Shown here: in pieces, positions 41,194 to 53,581 of the stretch
How positions within the stretch are numbered: position 1 is the first letter of the stretch
Layout: each line of letters starts with the position of its first letter
NCBI GenBank assembly: GCA_001687465.1
Contig: LVLI01000175.1
Location: forward strand, 62,001 to 126,000
Length of the DNA stretch: 64,000 nt
From: Halocafeteria seosinensis
Lineage: Eukaryota
Direction of reading: 5' to 3'
The notes under the pieces: model-generated
Database searches by the model: none
What the model was told of the DNA's origin: nothing
What the model saw: the letters and a program-made list of their open reading frames with translations, nothing else
Made by a program: the position numbers and the translations under genes

Positions 41194-44100
41194 ATGCGAC
41201 TGATCAAGAGGTCCGCATGGCCCAGTAGACTTCCACAAAGCCAGCTTGACAGAGTCCAACAAATGTTTGTTTCTTTGGAACTTCAACTTGTCACACGGTT
41301 ACGTACTACGTATCCCAGCAGCAGGCCAGAGAGTGTGTTGTGTGCTAACTTTGACTTCATTCTTCGTCTTCTTTTTTTTTTGTACCAGATAGAGGAAGTA
41401 AAAGGTGAGAGCTACGATTGGAACAGGGAGAATACCCAACGACAGCTGTGTACGGGACTGAGGAAGTGCTGTGAACTGTAGTGTGAAGTATCCGTCTTCC
41501 TGGGAAGTTCCAGGGGTTCAACAATACTGTAACCACAAGACTACAAAAGCTCAATTTGACAGGAAGGCCGCTTCCTCTTTACCACACGGCCGTGTGCGGC
41601 TTACTCGTTTTCGTTTGTTGAATAGAAGGAGGGGAAAATAAATGTGCGCAGACGAACCCGGATCTCATGAAGATGAGGCTGTGAGTAATTGCACGCTTTT
41701 CAAAGAGCTACTGGATTCTCCTTGAGTGAAATTGTAATGTCTCATTTACTAACTGCAGTCCTATTGGAAGCGCAAATTCGAACAGACGGCTCTCGAAAAG
41801 TCGCGACTGGAAGGAATCGTCGAAGAACTACGCGGGGAGAATGACAGCCTCAAGTCGAAACTTGCGGATTCTTTGTTCACTCCAGGTGCATCTTCTGGTT
41901 TAGCAGGAGAAGCATCCGAGCGAGCGAGCTACATCAGTAGTCGAGCATCTGAGGATGAATCGGAAGATTCTGACGATACGGTTGACCTGGAGAAAACGGT
42001 GGCTCACAAAGAGAAAAAGCCTGCATACTGTCCTGTGCCCCTTTCTGTCTTCTTGCATTCAAGGTCTATCTCGGAGGGAGGAGAAGGGTCTCATGACACT
42101 GACCTGCATGAAGGAAGGCCTCGTCACAATACTAACTTGAGACAGTTTGCTACACGATTAGTAGAAGGGATTATTGTTTCAGGAGTTCCGGAGGCTGTTA
42201 CGTGTTCCCAAGTAGCGGCATTACACGCAGGAGCGTTCACTGAAAATGAGTATTCTCATGAACTGACGAGTGGATCATGGAAACCTCCGCAATTGCTACC
42301 GCAGAGCGACACTGTTCCGCTCAAAGTCGTAGGAGAGAGTCTACATGATGATGCAGCTTCTCTCATCAATTGGTTTCTCCCAAGAGGGAGTTGCGAGCAA
42401 ACTAAGCAATTTGAGTGGCCGAAACGGTCGCGCGTTGGAGTTCCTCTGGAAGACTGTGTTGCTCTGCTGACCAAACGCCTGTCGGCGAAGCTTACGTCAC
42501 CCCAGTTGCACCATTTTACGACATCTTGTAGCGACTCACACGGCGAGGACGCAGGATTACCGAGCTCTACACGATATTGTATTTGTCTTGTGTTCCCACA
42601 GCCCGTTTGTTTAGACTCTGAGCGAATTGTGTCCGCAATGGGGGAAAACATTCGAGGAAGGTTGCAGTCACTGTTGTCAACAGTTAACGCGAAACATTTT
42701 GCGGTTTCGCAAAGATGTTTCACCATTGTGTCAAGATATCCTTTCTTCGAACTCTTTGAAAAGCTCATGTTTGCCATATACAATGCTTGCATTCGCCCTG
42801 AGGTCGAAAGAGAGCTTGAGCACATTGCTCGAACGAGCATGAAGTCAATTATGCTCCTGAAAGAACACAACAGTTCCTGCTGGTGGCAAAGAACGTTCGG
42901 TGCAAATGCACACGCGAGCGCCGAAAGGAGAAACGGGCCATGTTCTACGTGCAACTCTAGTCCTTGTTATGAAGAAGAACTGTCCGGAATCCAAGAAGTC
43001 ACAGATACTTTGGGACGCTTCCTCTCCGACTGGAAAACAAGCTGTTCTGAACTGATTCACAGCGCGCGCTATGAAGCGTTATACTCGTGGTATCACTCCA
43101 AATTATCCGAGGTTGCCGTTCCTGATGCCGGGGAAAAGGTAATCATTCCAGTGGATGTTTTCAGGACCACGTATACTAAGGTTGACACTATTGAGTGGAT
43201 GCGGCCTACAGGTACAGACAAACCCGCGGAAATCATTTCTGCTATTTCGTCATCAGCGAACGAATCTACACTTCGGCGAGGATGCCTACGCTTTCAAAAT
43301 TCCCAGACAAGTTCAGAAATGGTAGGCCTGCCTTTGCCAACGGAAGAAGCAAGCATGCTGATCCAATTTCATGCGCTGAGCCATGTACTTGATGTGGTTC
43401 CTGTTGATAAGCTATTGATGCTTCTCTCATCGCTACTAGTAGAAGATTACGTCATAGTTGCTGGACGCAATTTGTCGTTCACTGGCAAGGGTAGTGCTTT
43501 GGTGAAGAACCTGAAACCGTTCCGATCGATCAAGCATCAGGCTGCTGGGGAGTCCAAAGAATATCACTGGGTTCCACCAGAATGGAAGCGGGAGCGATAC
43601 ATGGTCTCTCTAATTACTTTGTTACTACAGTCACTTATGTCTCCGCTAAGATGGATCGGTCCTATCGTCCCTGTACTCCCCAGCGACTTCGAGGAGTTGC
43701 TTTGCTCTCCAGTTTCCATACTTGCCGGGCTCGAGTGTGTTGGTCCAGATGCACTATCCTGCTTACCTGAAAACAGTATCATATTTAGCTTACACGATTT
43801 AAGTCTATCGTATGGCTCGGAAGAGGACCGATCATCTGCTAGTATTCCCGGGAGGCAGCGCCTTATGCAGCATTTGTCAAAAGCGTCAAAACATCTTAGG
43901 CAAGCCATAGGAAAAGACTCAGATCTCAGGCAGGTTCATGAGGCTGTCTATGATTTTGCCATAACGACTAGAGAACATGTATTTGGCTTGTTGGTTGATG
44001 TCTGGAGTCTCTTAGGAGATACCATATTCGATGGTGGTGACGATAGGGTAGTCGCTTTGGAAAGCAACTTAAAAGGCAGTCGACGAGAGGAGGAGATTCC

Positions 44101-44194
44101 ATTCTGGAGCAAGTTTCTTCAGACGCAAATCGTCGAAGGCTTTTGCAGAACGTTGCAAGAAGAGTATCAAGGCCCTGCTGCCCCGGAACAGTAA
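41194..44194 (+). CDS. DENN-domain protein (putative Rab GEF)
   Basis: RYCICL, RCFTIVSRYPFFELFEKL, LLVEDYVIV, LMSPLRWIGPIVPVLP...LLCSPVSILAGL, FWSKFLQTQ. Main exon ~41759-44194; 5' exons uncertain. Confidence 0.75.
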
Positions 44195-44313
44195 AAAAAA
44201 AATGATGGGCGGACGTTGCTGACCGGGATTTGCTCGAAACCTGCCGGCGTCATCTTCCACAGAGACTGGTGGATCCGAAGTCAGAGCGTATTGATTATTT
44301 CGATCGCGTTTTC

Positions 44314-44331
44314 GTGTGTGTGTGTGTGTGT
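44314..44331. repeat. (GT)n microsatellite
   Basis: Run of about 9 GT units, read directly. Confidence 0.8.
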
Positions 44332-45017
44332 AAGTGTATATTGCCTGGTGCGGACGTTTTGAGGATCTGGTGGACGGTGAGTTGGGGGGCGGAACTCTGT
44401 AGGTTACAGACCGTAACGCCATGTTTGCGGCGGTCTCCCCTTTATTGGCAGGTTTATTTCCTTTTCATGAAGACTAGGAGTGCTAGCTACTATAGTGTAC
44501 TTTGAGAGTAGATTTACATTCCCAGGATTTCTTCAACCGGGTGCAGAAGAAAACCTGTTTCTCCCGAACACTTTGAAAACACGTCATCCAGCCAGCAAGG
44601 ATTCGTTCCAGGTATCTAGTTTCCCTTCAACATGATTAAGAACATAGTTTCAATCGAATTGAATTGGAACGGTGATACGCAACAGTAAATATCAAGCAAT
44701 AAAAAAAAACATATTTCTGAAGGGGAACGCACATTCCGGTAGTCTAGACTTTCTGTTCATATGTAAGTGACTCTGGTCGCTTTTCGGCTCAGACTCAGGC
44801 AGAGTGCGGACGCCGTTTCGCTCACAGCGTTTTGGGAAGTAGCACTCCCATTACCTCAAACATGTTGGATAGCTTTATTCGCTTATTGCCGGCAATTACC
44901 GTTGCTCGATTGGAGTGTTCTTTAGTATGGTTTTTATTCTTAGGTTTTTCACGGTGTGACGAACGTTAGTGCAGAAACACACACAGTGTCACACACACAC
45001 AGAATTCGACTCACGAT

Positions 45018-46900
45018 ATGAAAACGGTTACGCAAGTAATCAATCTGGCACTACTGCTGTGTGCCACTTTCTTTGGCACCTCAGTAGAGGCGGCGCCTGT
45101 GAGTGGTCTCCAGACAGCCAGTACAGAGGCCAAGAGCAAGGTCGTTGGGGAATTCGAAATGAAGTTAGACGGAAACGAAATGCAACTTCTCGAAGCTTCT
45201 ACGGGAAACGATATCGCAACCGTTAAATTCGACAAAGCAGGACCAACGGATGGTGAAATAGAAATTGGGAGTGATGTGATGACATCAATCGATAGCGATT
45301 CAGCTGCTTTCGATGCTAGTATGAACTTGGGAGCTGCCTTTACAATTTCGCCGCTTCCAGGAAGCTTAGAAGCCGAAGCAAATTTCCGAAAGGTACGTAA
45401 GCGGTTCCATGCATTGAAGTTCTGGAGTGTTGTTCACTATAGCAAACGACGTTCATGCAGGAAAACGGGTTCGTTGAGAATCCTCACGGCTCTCTTAGCT
45501 TGTATGCAAGCAAAGGGTCCATTAAGTGGTCTCTTCGGGCAAAGAACTGGTAAGTATCCATACACACCGACATGTCCAAAATGTAAGAAGTATCAATGTA
45601 CATATCTAACACTACAGGGATATTGGTATGGGTAAGCGTTTCCAAGTACAATTTGAGGTGGAAACCGACGCATCTCTTCAAGTGAGTTCGATGATTCAAA
45701 ACGGCATTACGGTAAAAGTACTCAATATTGGGGGAAATGCTAGCATTGTCTTGCCTTTAGAAGCTGAAATTGATGGAGAACTCTCAAAGTAAGTTACATG
45801 GGTTTTACCGTTCCGTGACTTGTACATCTTACACGAGCCCCTACTACAGAGACGTCGAGATAACAGTTGACACAGACACAGGAGTTGTAACTTGCAGTTT
45901 TCCCCACTTTGAAAACTCCCTCAAATATGATCCTGTTACCCGCAAAAATTCAGACAGTTCTACTGATGTTGTCAGCTCGGGTGACTTTGAGATGAAAATG
46001 GACGGGAACTTAGTAGAGCTTGTTAATCAAGCGAAGGGCAAGGCGATTGCGAGTATGGAGGTCACGGAAGCAGGAAGACAGTCAAGTAAACTCAGCCTTA
46101 GTTCGGAAACTACAGTAGAAATCCAGACCGCCGGAACACTTACCCTTCTCGCTGAAGTAGACTTGGCTGCTTCAATCACCTCGACTACCACCCATGGCGG
46201 ACTTAAACTTAGAGCCGAGTTAGTGCAGGTACGGCTATCCTTAATGCTCTTATCCTTTAATAGAGTTTCTATCGTTTCAATGTCTTTATACAGGAGGAAG
46301 GAACGTATAGCAGTACCTACAGCAATATCGATTGGAACGTACGACCAGGTACAGTGAAATGGAGTTTCGAGGTGGATGATGGTGAATCGTGGTATCCGTA
46401 TGTTTTGCCTTCCTCTTTTTTGTTCACACCAAAGGGGTACCTGGGTTGGGTTTGCGTTACGCAGAGATGGGGGAGGTGAGGATTTCGAAATTGACATCCA
46501 GCTCAACCAAGGTGTTGATATCGACGTAAGCGAGCGAACTGAGCAGGGTGTTACGGTAAAAGTTCTTTCACTTGGAGGTGAAGCGTCGGTCCTCATCCCG
46601 CTGGAAGTTGAAATCGACGGTGAAATGTCCCAGTATGTGTAAAACGTTTGAAACTTTCGTATTCGTGTTCTCAAAATTGAGCCATCGTATGCATGGGTTT
46701 GCAGAGATGTATCCGTGGAAGTAAACAGTAACAATGTCCTTAGATGCATTTTCCCAGCATTCTCCAGTACACTCAATTACGATCCTACTACAGAATCATC
46801 AAATGCTTCGCTGCCGGTGCTATCTACAAATCAACCCGCATTGTTGATTCTACTTTTGTTCATGGTTTATCTTCTTAGTTTTGGAAGGAAAGACGAGTAA
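45018..46900 (+). CDS. Secreted, C-terminally anchored protein with two tandem beta-rich domains (SAARP-like)
   Basis: Signal peptide. Two homologous units starting G(E/D)FEMK(L/M)DGN and ending FPxFxxxLxYDP, each with introns at equivalent positions. Hydrophobic C-terminal tail. Confidence 0.75.
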
Positions 46901-47309
46901 ATATTTCTCTGCAACATCGATGAGTTAATTCCACAAAACAAACAATGATGCAATTGACTGTGAACATTTGCATGCAATAAACACTGGTCAACATGCTTCC
47001 CTAAGACATTTTGGTGCCCAACGAATGAACATAGTACTCAGTACTGCTTGACTTGTATTAACCTTATCATTTTAGACATTTAAACCTTTGACCCCTGGGG
47101 TGTACACTGTATGTGCTCGCCTTGTTTGTCCAACAGTGTTGGAAATTCAACTTGGAATCCAGCGACAGCTTCACAAAGGTCATTCGGCGAATGATTCGCA
47201 ATTCTAGCCGAGACGAGTAGTCTCTGCACATACGGTAGTTTCGATAGACTCAACCTAGGGAACTCGTTAGAGCATGTAGTGCCTCAGTAGCGTAGGGAGT
47301 AGAGTAGGA

Positions 47310-49251
47310 ATGAGCGCCGCTGAACCGACGCCGCCCACGAGGCAAATAGAGGAGGATGATGGCGCAGATGAGATTCATTTGACACATTCTGAGATTTTGA
47401 CGATCAAGCCGTTCTCGACAGAGAACAGACAACCTGTGAGAGGGAGGAATGCACCTGGTATCTACAGCAATGTGGCCGGTGCTTCCACGCGCCAGCGGGG
47501 AGTCTTAGTGATCTATACAGGAGGGACCTTGGGAATGAAGCGCAACAGTGAAGGTGAGGCACAATTCCCACGTCATGAGGTCTCTTGAAGCTCTTAGAAT
47601 GCGATGGGGGTGCAGGTAGTTTGGAACCGGCGGCCGGATATTTGACCGAAAGGGTACGTTCCTTCAGGTGGGATATCTGACGACCGCTGCGGCTATACAT
47701 CGCTCAATATGTTGTCAGATGTTCCACATGTCGGAGTTTAGAGACGATGACATGCCTGGGGTAGATTTGATAGAGTAAGGGGAAATTTTCGTCTCAAGCA
47801 CATTTCGGCAACTTGTCAACTCTCTTTGAATTTGGCTGCAGGACTTCACCTCTTATTGACAGTTCCGATATGGTGGGTCTGGAGTTAACTTCGCCTTCTA
47901 TATTTGTATCGCAGTTTTATGGTCAACTTATCATCCCTGCAGACTCCCACGCATTGGATTTATATTGCTAATTTGGTAGGGGAGCACTATTGGGACTACG
48001 ACGGGTTTGTAGTGATAACAGGTACTGATACGATGGCATATTGTGCCTCTGCGCTAAGGTAAGAACTTCGTTTAAGCAGATAGTCAATCGGTGTATATAC
48101 TACGCTGAATTGTTGTTCAGTTTCCTCTTTGAGAACCTGGGGAAGCCAGTTATCTTAACCGGGAGCATGGTTCCACTTTGCGAGATTTTCAACGATGCTA
48201 GGAGAAATTTGATTGGTAGGTTTTACTGGACAAATTGGTATCCTAGAAGAATATATATTTATGACGGAAGGAAATGCCTGTACAGTGGCACTCGTTATAG
48301 CTGCATATGTCGAAGTACCAGAGGTTGCAATCTTTGTTAACGATAAACTTTTGCGAGGAAACAGAACGTCCAAGATCAACAGTATGGGGCTGGATGCATG
48401 TGAGTATTCCAGAATGAGAGGTATTTATGCGCTATGTCAAAATACTTTGTTTTTCATATGAGGTACAGTTACATCTCCAAATTTCCCACCGTTAGCAGAG
48501 CTCGCTACAGGATTCCGACTTCGGAAGATGAATTTCCTTCCTATGCCTGGAGCACGGTTCCGTGTCAACCCAGCTCTAGATACGAATATCGCCGTTTGGC
48601 AAATGGTTCCCGGATACAAAGATGACTACATTTACACCGCAATTGAACATACGCGTGCGTGGGATAGTTGTTGCACCTCGTCTCGGGCTGTACCCACCTA
48701 CTCGGTGTCCTGCAGGTACACTACGTGGTATAGTATTAGAACTATATGGGACTGGAAACGTGGGAGCGAAAAAGAAACTCAAAGATGCAATATCAATGGC
48801 CATTTCTAAGGGTATTGCTGTGGTAGCCGCTAGTCAATGTGTTTATGGGATGGTGGATTTAGATGCATACGCGTAAGTCCAACAAACCTATTCTCTTTTG
48901 CATCATACAATAATTATGTGATTGCATAGGAACAAGCAGATTAGGGAGAAACTTGAAGGATATAGGAGTGATTGGCGGACTTGATATGACGACTGAGGCT
49001 ATAGTGACGAAGTTAGCGTTCTTATTAAGTAAACCAGGAATGACGAACGCAAAGTTACATCAACTGATGCACCAGAAGTATGTATTCACTTTATAGTGTA
49101 AAATCCACAAGAAATATATTTCAATTCTCCTGCGGTGACGACTTGCAGCTTAAGAGGGGAGCTATCGGATGACCCATCTCGGTACATTCCCCATAGACCT
49201 TCAGCAGACGAATTCATTGGGACTGTTTCCTCTCTATCCGCCAAACTATGA
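47310..49251 (+). CDS. Type I L-asparaginase / lysophospholipase-like, ending in -AKL
   Basis: VIYTGGTLGM, LIDSSDM, GTDTMAY, KPVILTGS, RGNRTSK, YGTGN, DMTTEAIVTKL, LRGEL. No C-terminal ankyrin repeats. Confidence 0.93.
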
Positions 49252-49268
49252 ATCCATAAGAATGCATC

Positions 49269-50084
49269 TTAACTAGTGTATGGTAGTGCTTCTATGATTC
49301 CCAGACCTCCTACCATTCCCCCAAGCATTACACCGAAACAACCAGCAATTAAAAAGACATGGAAGAGTGGGAGTTCATCCTTCTCTGAGTCGCCAAAGCT
49401 GGTAGCAATGATTAGAACCAGAAAAGATACCATGCCACCGGCCATAACATATGACTTGTCTACCCCAAAGAAGCACACTATCAATGCAAAGATAGCAAAC
49501 AAAACAAATCCAGCGAAGGAAACCAATATGAAGGGCATATCATCTTCATCCTTCCTGTCACCTGCGAAGACATCAGCAGCAGCCGAAGAAAATGGCGCAT
49601 CGTCATCCTCACTCGAATCGGTTGTTCGTTGTGCAGACTCTTCAAGCCATTTTTGCAGCTCTAATAGTCTCTGAATTTTTTCTTCCTTTTCCTTGATTAG
49701 GCGCTCTCGAGTCTCATCATCCATTTCTTCCTCCTCGTCCTCTTCACCGTCCGCCGCATCTTCGACTTCACTCTCTTCATCTTCTTCGTTTCCCTCTTCT
49801 TCCTTGTCATCTCTCTCATCATCTTCCGCTTGTTCCCCCTCATCGTCGTCGGCCTCAAGCTCTGTATCGTCCTTCACTTTATGCTGGTCTCTTCCCGAAG
49901 TCGATTGTTTCGGGGCGATTGCGTCCACTATAGGTGGTACATTGTCGCTGTTGGCCTCGTCTTGCTCATGGCCATCGTTTCCCTTCTTACGTCTTCGTAT
50001 GGTGCTATCTTTACTGTCTTCATGGGCTGAAGATACGGCGGAGGAAGCAGTATTAGCCTCATTATCACCTTCGGAGGATGACAT
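49269..50084 (-). CDS. Hypothetical protein with acidic N-terminus and three C-terminal TM helices
   Basis: Intronless 271-aa ORF with a Glu/Asp-rich region and hydrophobic segments. Confidence 0.75.
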   Translation of the reverse strand: MSSSEGDNEANTASSAVSSAHEDSKDSTIRRRKKGNDGHEQDEANSDNVPPIVDAIAPKQSTSGRDQHKVKDDTELEADDDEGEQAEDDERDDKEEEGNEEDEESEVEDAADGEEDEEEEMDDETRERLIKEKEEKIQRLLELQKWLEESAQRTTDSSEDDDAPFSSAAADVFAGDRKDEDDMPFILVSFAGFVLFAIFALIVCFFGVDKSYVMAGGMVSFLVLIIATSFGDSEKDELPLFHVFLIAGCFGVMLGGMVGGLGIIEALPYTS

Positions 50085-50389
50085 CTCCTACTTCAACCAG
50101 GGTTCTATTTCGCCTTGATAGGCCAGACTCTAGGTTCCTATGGTGGAAGACTTACACAGCATGTCAGTTTGACACCATAAACTAATTCTCTCAAGCGCAC
50201 GGAACGCTACAGAAGTGCTGAGGCGGCTAAAAGGAGGGCATTATGAGGCTCAATTGTTACACCGTGCAAACATTTAGTTCACTTTCATGACCATGTGTCT
50301 TGTCCATGCTCCAGGGGCGTATACGCTGTTCGCAGAAGGTTTGTGCGGTGCACACACGTTTGGGGAGGTCATAAAGAAGGCGAGGAACG

Positions 50390-51853
50390 ATGCTGCGGCA
50401 AGTATGCTTCCAAGTAGGGCGAACGAGGCGGTGGTGTCTGTATCGTCCCTTGGCCACAGTGGCGAGTGGAGCCTCCACCAAGCCTGATCCTCCTCCTCGT
50501 GAAGGCTCTGGGAAGATATTGATGCAGGGGAGCTCAAATACTAAAGTTCCAGGCAAGATAAAACGCCTCGTTGAGTCCAAACCTACATCCGTGGAGGGGA
50601 GAATTCGAAAAATGTTGGAATTGGAGAAATTCACCAAGCAAACTGGCATACGATTACAACTGAGACAGACTAAGGAGTGGTATATCCCCCCTTTGGACAG
50701 CGAACTCCAGCAAGAATTAGAGAATTTAGAGTCTCCGGAACAGCATCCTGGATACTGGAAATCTATGGGAGGATATCACATGTTTCGACGGAATGCAGCA
50801 GATTGGTACAGGAACCTTCGAGTACTAATACGAGGCGATGGCCCGCCACAATGCCGCATTTCAGTATTTCATGAACTGTTAGAGAAGTAAGTGTTGTGAT
50901 GCTATATGTGATGTGAAAGTGACTGATCCCCAGTCCCCTCTATCCTCTCATAACTGCGTTTGTGCTACTGGACTGCAGCATTAAGAGTGAAGCTGATGTA
51001 CCTTATGTGAAAAAGGCAATGAATACCTGCCGACAAAGACACTTAGAATTTGACGCGAGATCTCCTGCAAAAATTGTTGAGGCCCTTTGTAGGAATGGAG
51101 CGACTGACCAAGCGATTGAAATTTTACGACAGGCTGATTATTGGAGGCTATTCCCGACATCAGCGACGTATGCTCGTGCAATGAAATATGCTGCAGCAGA
51201 GAATAACGTGGAATTGATGAGACGAATTGAGGATCTCATGATGGCAAAACAGCTACGCTGGCACGATGGCGCTGTTTACTCATATGTCAGGTATGGCGGA
51301 TTCATAAGTATCCGGAACTGCTGTGGTGTCAATCAGCTTATTTTTCATTGCTATGCACAGAGGCATGCTCGAGAATGACGAGGTCTGCAACGCCGTGGCA
51401 GCGCTAAACCGTGCTCGAAGGAAGGGTGATAAAATACCATCTGCGCCGTATACTCTATTGTTGGACTACGTTGCAAACAAGCTGGAACATGCACCGTTGG
51501 ATTGCGTAAGTAGTGCTCAGCTCCGCAAGCACGTACAGACAGCACACCTCTTTACTCTGATACAGGATTCGGCATTGAGAAGGCTATTAAAGCATACTGA
51601 GCAGCGTAATGGAAATGATGCGTTTAAGAAAGCCCGTAGTAGCGCCCTGGAAGCCAGGGCAGATCTCTTCCGAGAACCGGCTCCAGCAGCTGGTAACACG
51701 GAGTCCACGGATACTGTCGAGGGAGAAACTGCTACAGAAGCAGAAGATGCCTCAGCAGAGGCACAGGAGCCCACAACAGATGAGAATGCTGAGCAACAAT
51801 CACCGTCTGAAGAAACGGAAAGAGCCGAAGAGGTCCCCCAGACCAAAGAATAA
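50390..51853 (+). CDS. Mitochondrial PPR-like helical-repeat protein (possibly mitoribosomal mS27-like)
   Basis: Presequence-like N-terminus. PPR-like repeats KIVEALCRNGATDQAIEIL, FPTSATYARAMK, VYSYVRGML. 2 introns. Confidence 0.65.
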
Positions 51854-51942
51854 TAGACTTTAGTTGTTTATGATACCCACGGATTGTTGTTGCTGTTTTG
51901 TTCAAACCAACCTTAGGTATAAGAAACCGAGTCCTAATCAAA

Positions 51943-53166
51943 ATGCAGTTGATTTTACTATTTATGTGCTTTGCATCTTTGAGTAGCTTAACTGTAGTAG
52001 GCGTCCTGGGCAAAGTAGATGGAATTAGAAGAACCCCAGGTCATACGGGTCACAACCTGAAGCAACAACAGAAGCAGCAGCCTCCTCCCCATACTCCTCA
52101 CGATTCCTCCAGAAACACGCCAATACCGACGTATGCAAGGAAACCAATCAAAGAAGAGACACAACAACACGGGACAGCACAGACAGATAGCAGGGAGCAT
52201 GCAATCATAGATGATACAGGAGAACATATTCACAAGGGTATGGGCGTTCCCAATCAGAAATACCCCGAGTTACCTCCATTTTTCTCAGCCAATATTTCCA
52301 TAATCGCTCACATGGTTGACAGAGTAAGTGAAAACGCTAACGTAATGGACTATGTCCGACAATTCTACCTTATAAGGGTTCTTGATGGCAGAGTAAAAGC
52401 TATCCGCCATGGCTTCGACGAATTGTGTTACATTACGATTATCCAAATAGGAGAGCGAAGGCACAAGTCTTGGAAGGATACGAAGCTGGGAAGACCTTTT
52501 ATCGACGGTACGACCTTAAGGATGAATACATGGTGAAATCCGGAAAGCATTCGCAATGTCGTCGGGCTTACTTGGGTATGTGATGGCTGGGATAAATTCC
52601 TCTTGCATTGTAGTGGTTATGCTTAAAGTACTTAACTTGCGTATATGGCCACAGGAGAACAAATGGCACCCCCTGCTTTGGCAAAGGATTTTGTTGTGCA
52701 GCAGAATACAGTAATAAAGAATGGAAGGGAATGCGATCTCTGGATTAGGAAAGACGCTTGGGGAACGAGAATTCTCCTTTACGTTGACCATGAACACCTC
52801 TGTAAGTTATGGTATGATGAGTCTCCTCAAATGTTGTAGGATATCGACGAAAAGCAATCAGAATTCAATAGTCTAGGTGTTCCCTTATTCCAAGTTTCAG
52901 GGCCTTTGGTAGTAACGGAAGAGAAACTAGTGGGAGATGAATACGAAAGCCTTATGACATGGCAGTTTGATGTTTTTCACCTTGATCGAATTGTAAGTCC
53001 TCTATTTATCCTTACATGCACTGGGATTTCACGATGTTTCCCAATGGATTGCAAGCAGCCTGCGGAGGAATTTGAATTGCCAAGTCCTTATACACGCAAG
53101 ACTTGCGGCAAACAAGTAGGCGGCTATCCGTACATTCATCTTTTCCACACATACATTCGTATATAA
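51943..53166 (+). CDS. Secreted protein, possibly of ependymin-related/LolA-like fold
   Basis: Signal peptide. LPPFFSANI...HYDYPNRRAK...RRYDL...CRRAYL...NGRECDLW...FELP...C pattern. Confidence 0.55.
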
Positions 53167-53581
53167 TTAAGAAGAGAATCTCAGTATCCTCATCACAAGT
53201 GACAATGGATTCCTGTAGCGAAGGCGAAGCAGCAACTCAAAAACGAGTCCAGCTCAACTGTGATACCCTGAATTCTAGATATGCCATAATTTGAGTAAAC
53301 GAAACGAAGACCCCCCCCCCCTTATGTGGCCTAAAGAAAGAACGCATAGATACATTGTACCACATTGTATACAATTGGTATCTTGCGCTGTTGAATTTAT
53401 TGCATCTTCACATTCACCAGTCTACCGCCGCACGAACTCGCAAGTTTCTGTTGTGGTCATTTAGAGAGAAAAAGTTCAGACTTGTACAATTGTAGTGGTT
53501 GTAGTGACTACCAGGAGGTGTATGAGAGGTTGCTGCGCATAGCCGCATTTTGTGCTGTCTAAGGCTGATACCCTCCGCAAG

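Noticed and set aside
42256..42954. Long antisense ORFs (also 46027-46776, 49693-50118, 6816-7268)
   Set aside because: They lie opposite well-supported genes and have no recognisable motifs; shadow ORFs.
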